From assembly GCA_016906335.1 (NCBI GenBank), contig JADEYG010000003.1, positions 186,001 through 250,000 of the forward strand: a stretch of DNA of 64,000 nucleotides. The letters are read 5' to 3'. The translations under genes were made by a program, and so were the position numbers. Below are positions 60,340 through 64,000 of the stretch, in pieces. Each line of letters opens with the position of its first letter. Positions within the stretch are counted from its first letter, which is position 1. The notes under the pieces are model-generated. The model worked only from the letters and a program-made list of their open reading frames with translations, made no database searches and was not told the DNA's origin. Source of the stretch: Novakomyces olei. Its lineage: Eukaryota.

Positions 60340-60818
60340 ATGGCACAGGCAGACGAACGGCGCGATCTTTTCGGCGATAGAGACGATTCTCTTAGCGAAA
60401 ATGCGTTTGATGATCGTGCAGATGAACAGCGGACACGTCTCCTTTCCGGGACTGAACGGTTGGAGCGGTCGTCGGAGCGTTTACGCAATTCTCAACGGAT
60501 CGCCAACGAAACTGAGGGCATTGGCGCCAATATCTTGACAGATTTACACGGCCAACGAGAACAGATTCTTCATGCTCGTGATGAGGTTTGTGTATAATTT
60601 CAAATAAATACTCACCTATCAGCTTCTACGTGCAGATGGTTACGTGGACAAGTCTGTTCGCACAATAAAGGGAATGGCGAGGCGGTATGCTACATAAAGA
60701 CGTTTCATTTTATTCGACTAACTCTGGTAGAGCAGCGGCCAATAAGCTTGTGACTTTTGCAATTATTGCCATCTTGGTGGCATTGATTTTGCTTGTGCTT
60801 TACAGCAAGTTGTCCTAG
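60340..60818 (+). CDS. VTI1: Vti1-type Qb-SNARE (SNARE motif plus TM only)
   Basis: QRTRLLSGTERLERSSERL.NSQRIANETEGIGANIL.DLHGQREQI, then LLRADGYVDKSVRTIKGMARR and TM ..IIAILVALILLVLYSKLS after two short introns. Confidence 0.85.
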
Positions 60819-61390
60819 CCGGGCGGCCTTTCACTTGTCGAATTCCGCTCTCGACCTTGTTTTCTTTCCAATACGCAACAATTCTATACGCTTTCCAAAC
60901 ACGATGATGCGGTTTTAAGTATGAAATTTTTGCAATCATATTTCGCGCGGGAACAAGGCGAAGTATGAACGGGGATTATAAACTTTATATAGCGGCTTTG
61001 TTTAATAAAATTATAGAAAAGCATCGGTACTAGTATTAGTAATCCTAAGCTACGAGAAGTGGCAAGACTGCATAGAGTCTTGCGATTTCACGATCGAAAA
61101 CGAGCCATGCAGATCATTCAAGTTGCAATCGAGGCTGCACGTGTCGCGGTATGATGAATAGATAAATGAAATAAAAATAATAAAAAAAAGGAATAATTAG
61201 AAAGTAGAAATAGCAAAAATTGGAAATAAAAGAACAAACAGCCCGAGATTGTAATGAACTAATCCGACAACAAGATAACGATATAAATGTCGAATAAAAA
61301 TATCACTAAACCTTGTCAAATAACATGATTAATGTCAACGTGAATCAATATTAATATTGATACCGTCTGCTTTTCCAATATCGTTCTAGA

Positions 61391-64000
61391 TCACGCGTGC
61401 AGCCGTGCCAGGTACTCGGACATGTACTCGAAAAATGCAAACTGCCCCGGACTAATCCCGTAGCGGTAAACGAATCTGCTGGCCAAAAACGAAGCAAAAA
61501 TAGCGTTCAAGTAATCCTCAGGCACTCGGTGCAGGATAGTTTCCAGTCCCAATTGGTGCAGGAGCGACTTTGGCAGTGCCTCTGACAGAACGAGTCTGTG
61601 CAGATCCTTGTTTCGCCAGAGGTTCGATTCCTGTAGCTCTGCCTGTAGATTAACAATAGCCAGACTCAGCTCGTCGCTCAAGACGCACCTCGCCCGGCCG
61701 GTTGCCTCGTGTTCCCTCCAAATTGCCTCAAACTCCAAATCGGCATTCCCCCTAATAATCTCTTGCACTTCTGCCACATACTTTTCGTAAAACTCGGGTT
61801 TGCTTTCGCCCCGAACACACATATTCTCCTCAAATCCGGCATCGTCAAAAGACAAGGAGGCCAGTACTTCCAGCGAGCTCGAAGTGACTCCGCCTTTATT
61901 GGCAGAAGCGTCCTTAAACACTATACACCCTGCTTCCTCCAGCCTCAGCTTGGCGTCCTGCGTGATAAACAGATTAGCGCCCTCTACGATATAGGGAATA
62001 GCGGTACGGCCTTCCTCTATCAGCTGGCCTACAGTGGTTGTATCAACCGCCTCTGGCCGCCCTCCACAGGGCACTAAAAGGTCGGCCCTCAGCCGCAGGT
62101 GAGCAGTGTTTCTGTACACTGCTCCATTAGGCACTTGCTCTCCACTGGGCAGAGTCGTGTTTTGGTCGTCTACAAGGACACGGTAGCCCTCGGCACTTAA
62201 TTTACTGACGTCATAGTCGGCAATCATGCGCCGCTCATGCGCCAGCCGGACCAGCTCGGGTCGGTCCAGGCCGAGCGGGTCGACGAGGACTCCGCTCCCG
62301 TCGATTACAGCAATGTACCGCTCACGACTGAGCAGAATTTCATTGGATCCGAGATCTCCATCGGGTCCGCCCGTCTGTATCTTTGTTTGAGCTGTTTCGT
62401 CCAAGTGCAGTTTACGATAAATGCCCTCTACGTACCGCCTAACTGACTGTGATGTCATGCCATAAACGTCGTGGGGAATGCCTCCGAGCTCTGGAGATTT
62501 GCCAGTGAAAAAGGATTTCCACCAGGGCGCTCCACGTGCACGAGCATGGCCCGTGGCCCAGTCGACAAGAGGGGCAGTGCCCTCATCGGGGCCGCAAAAA
62601 ATAATCTCGGCTGGGCCCTTTAACAAGTCTACAATACGCTCCTTTATACCCGGTGTTTTACCCTCCAGGAGCAGATCAATAAGCGAGTCTACGTACTTTT
62701 GAAAGGCCAAAGTCGCCTTGTCCTGCTGGTCAGCGTCCAGCAAGATTACGCCTTTAGCCCCGCCTTCAGGTATATCCTTGTTCTTCCTCTGTTGAGTGGC
62801 AGCCAAGTTGTAGTTTTCATCAAACAGCGTTCGGGCATTGCTGGCGTAAACGTCCTTGTTCCGACTACGCACTATCCTGATTCCTCCCCGAGCAACGTTT
62901 CGGAATCGGAGATGGAAGCCTCGGAACTCGCTTCCGATCATGAGAAACATGCCATACAACGGCTGCGGGTACTCGACCCGGGGTAAAAACGATGGATCCA
63001 GTCGAAAGCTGATGGCCACTTTGGTCGGCTGGTAGAAATTGGTCTTTAGCACTGCCTTGTTGAACGTTACAAAGGCCGACATAACCAGCTGTTCGTGGTC
63101 GTTGGAGGTTCTGCTCTCTACAAGCTTAAGCAGCTCGTCTCCACTTAGGACAGGGTCACGCTGGAGGTACTGGTAGCTCAGCGTCGGGCCCATTGCCTCC
63201 AGACCCGGCCGGCCAGTGAACACATAGTGCACAGACGCAAACTGCAAGTACAACGCATGCACTAAATCGGGGTAGGATTTAATGATTTCATAGATATAGG
63301 CTTCCGTAAACGTTTCTTGCCTCAATCGCCTTTTGATCCGGGACAGGACGTCTGCCTGGTGAGGGTTTTCCAGGTCCAGGATGGATACAAGGGAAATGTA
63401 TTCCGGGCCCAATCTGTTCAAGAAATGACCCACGAAATGGCAAACACAGTGCGCATAGATTGACTCCTGCAGAGATATTTTGACACTGCTAAAGAGCGTA
63501 TGGAACATACCTCTTGGGATGCAATAAAGTAAACTGGCGTCCTTCATTATCTGGTAGATGCTGTGCTCAATGGGAGGGAACTTGCCGTCAGTGTTTGGGA
63601 GAGGCATAAGGTACACGGAGACAACAGTGACACCATTGCTGAATTGCTCCACGTACTTGCGCGTTGATCCAACGCCATAGTGTGCAAAGAGATCAGACAT
63701 GGATGAAAAGAAATTGAACGCCGTTCCCTGCTTAAAACCAATAATCAGCCTTCTTTCCCTTGAGCCCTCCACCTCGTACATTTCGATTACAGGGCCAGCA
63801 CGCGACAGGACACCGGATATTATTGGCCGGTAAAGGTCTTTAGTGTTTTGCGTGGCCTTTTCCAGAAAGGTCTTGTCAGATATAAGGTCGAGATTGCACT
63901 CGTCGGCCTCCGACGGATTTGGGTCCACGAAATCACAGCGCTTGACAAAATACGAGCGTAAACGCTGCTCGTTCGCATAGTTTGTTATCTTTGAAAGGAA
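61391..64000 (-). CDS. GDH2: NAD-specific glutamate dehydrogenase (5' part beyond window)
   Basis: GFHLRFRNVARGGIR, KNKDIPEGGAKG, GPDEGTA, FFTGK, TGGPDGDLGSNEILL, VEGANLF, KDASANKGGVTSSS. Confidence 0.96.
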   Translation of the reverse strand, partial: FLSKITNYANEQRLRSYFVKRCDFVDPNPSEADECNLDLISDKTFLEKATQNTKDLYRPIISGVLSRAGPVIEMYEVEGSRERRLIIGFKQGTAFNFFSSMSDLFAHYGVGSTRKYVEQFSNGVTVVSVYLMPLPNTDGKFPPIEHSIYQIMKDASLLYCIPRGMFHTLFSSVKISLQESIYAHCVCHFVGHFLNRLGPEYISLVSILDLENPHQADVLSRIKRRLRQETFTEAYIYEIIKSYPDLVHALYLQFASVHYVFTGRPGLEAMGPTLSYQYLQRDPVLSGDELLKLVESRTSNDHEQLVMSAFVTFNKAVLKTNFYQPTKVAISFRLDPSFLPRVEYPQPLYGMFLMIGSEFRGFHLRFRNVARGGIRIVRSRNKDVYASNARTLFDENYNLAATQQRKNKDIPEGGAKGVILLDADQQDKATLAFQKYVDSLIDLLLEGKTPGIKERIVDLLKGPAEIIFCGPDEGTAPLVDWATGHARARGAPWWKSFFTGKSPELGGIPHDVYGMTSQSVRRYVEGIYRKLHLDETAQTKIQTGGPDGDLGSNEILLSRERYIAVIDGSGVLVDPLGLDRPELVRLAHERRMIADYDVSKLSAEGYRVLVDDQNTTLPSGEQVPNGAVYRNTAHLRLRADLLVPCGGRPEAVDTTTVGQLIEEGRTAIPYIVEGANLFITQDAKLRLEEAGCIVFKDASANKGGVTSSSLEVLASLSFDDAGFEENMCVRGESKPEFYEKYVAEVQEIIRGNADLEFEAIWREHEATGRARCVLSDELSLAIVNLQAELQESNLWRNKDLHRLVLSEALPKSLLHQLGLETILHRVPEDYLNAIFASFLASRFVYRYGISPGQFAFFEYMSEYLARLHA

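Overview
Gene-dense, intron-rich ascomycete (yeast-like fungus) nuclear DNA read in the standard genetic code (CTG falls at conserved Leu positions). I find about 20 protein genes: an unassigned low-complexity ORF running off the left edge, OSH3, VPS15, NOC4, MRF1, a PNUTS/Ppn1-like PP1 regulator, PLD/SPO14, MTU1/SLM3, ERV25, TIP20, SNF1, SLY1, a divergent G-alpha, an arrestin-like protein, a SLT2/Pmk1 MAPK, a Zn2Cys6 factor, PRM10, QNG1, a Ght-like sugar porter, a short VTI1 and a partial GDH2. There are also three tRNAs (Pro-AGG, Ala-AGC, Val-CAC). Gene models were spliced and translated by hand. I see no transposon, CRISPR array, rRNA or secondary-metabolite cluster, and no clearly new multi-gene system. 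The best leads are: a G-alpha with a native P-loop Gly->Glu change, a Habc-less Vti1, MTU1 without a nearby in-frame AUG, a PNUTS-type protein with a spliced CCCH finger, scattered TTAGGG repeats including inside CDSs, an Rlm1-like site plus minisatellite before the MAPK, and pervasive microsatellite and tandem-duplication activity. Family assignments come from motif recognition, not database searches.
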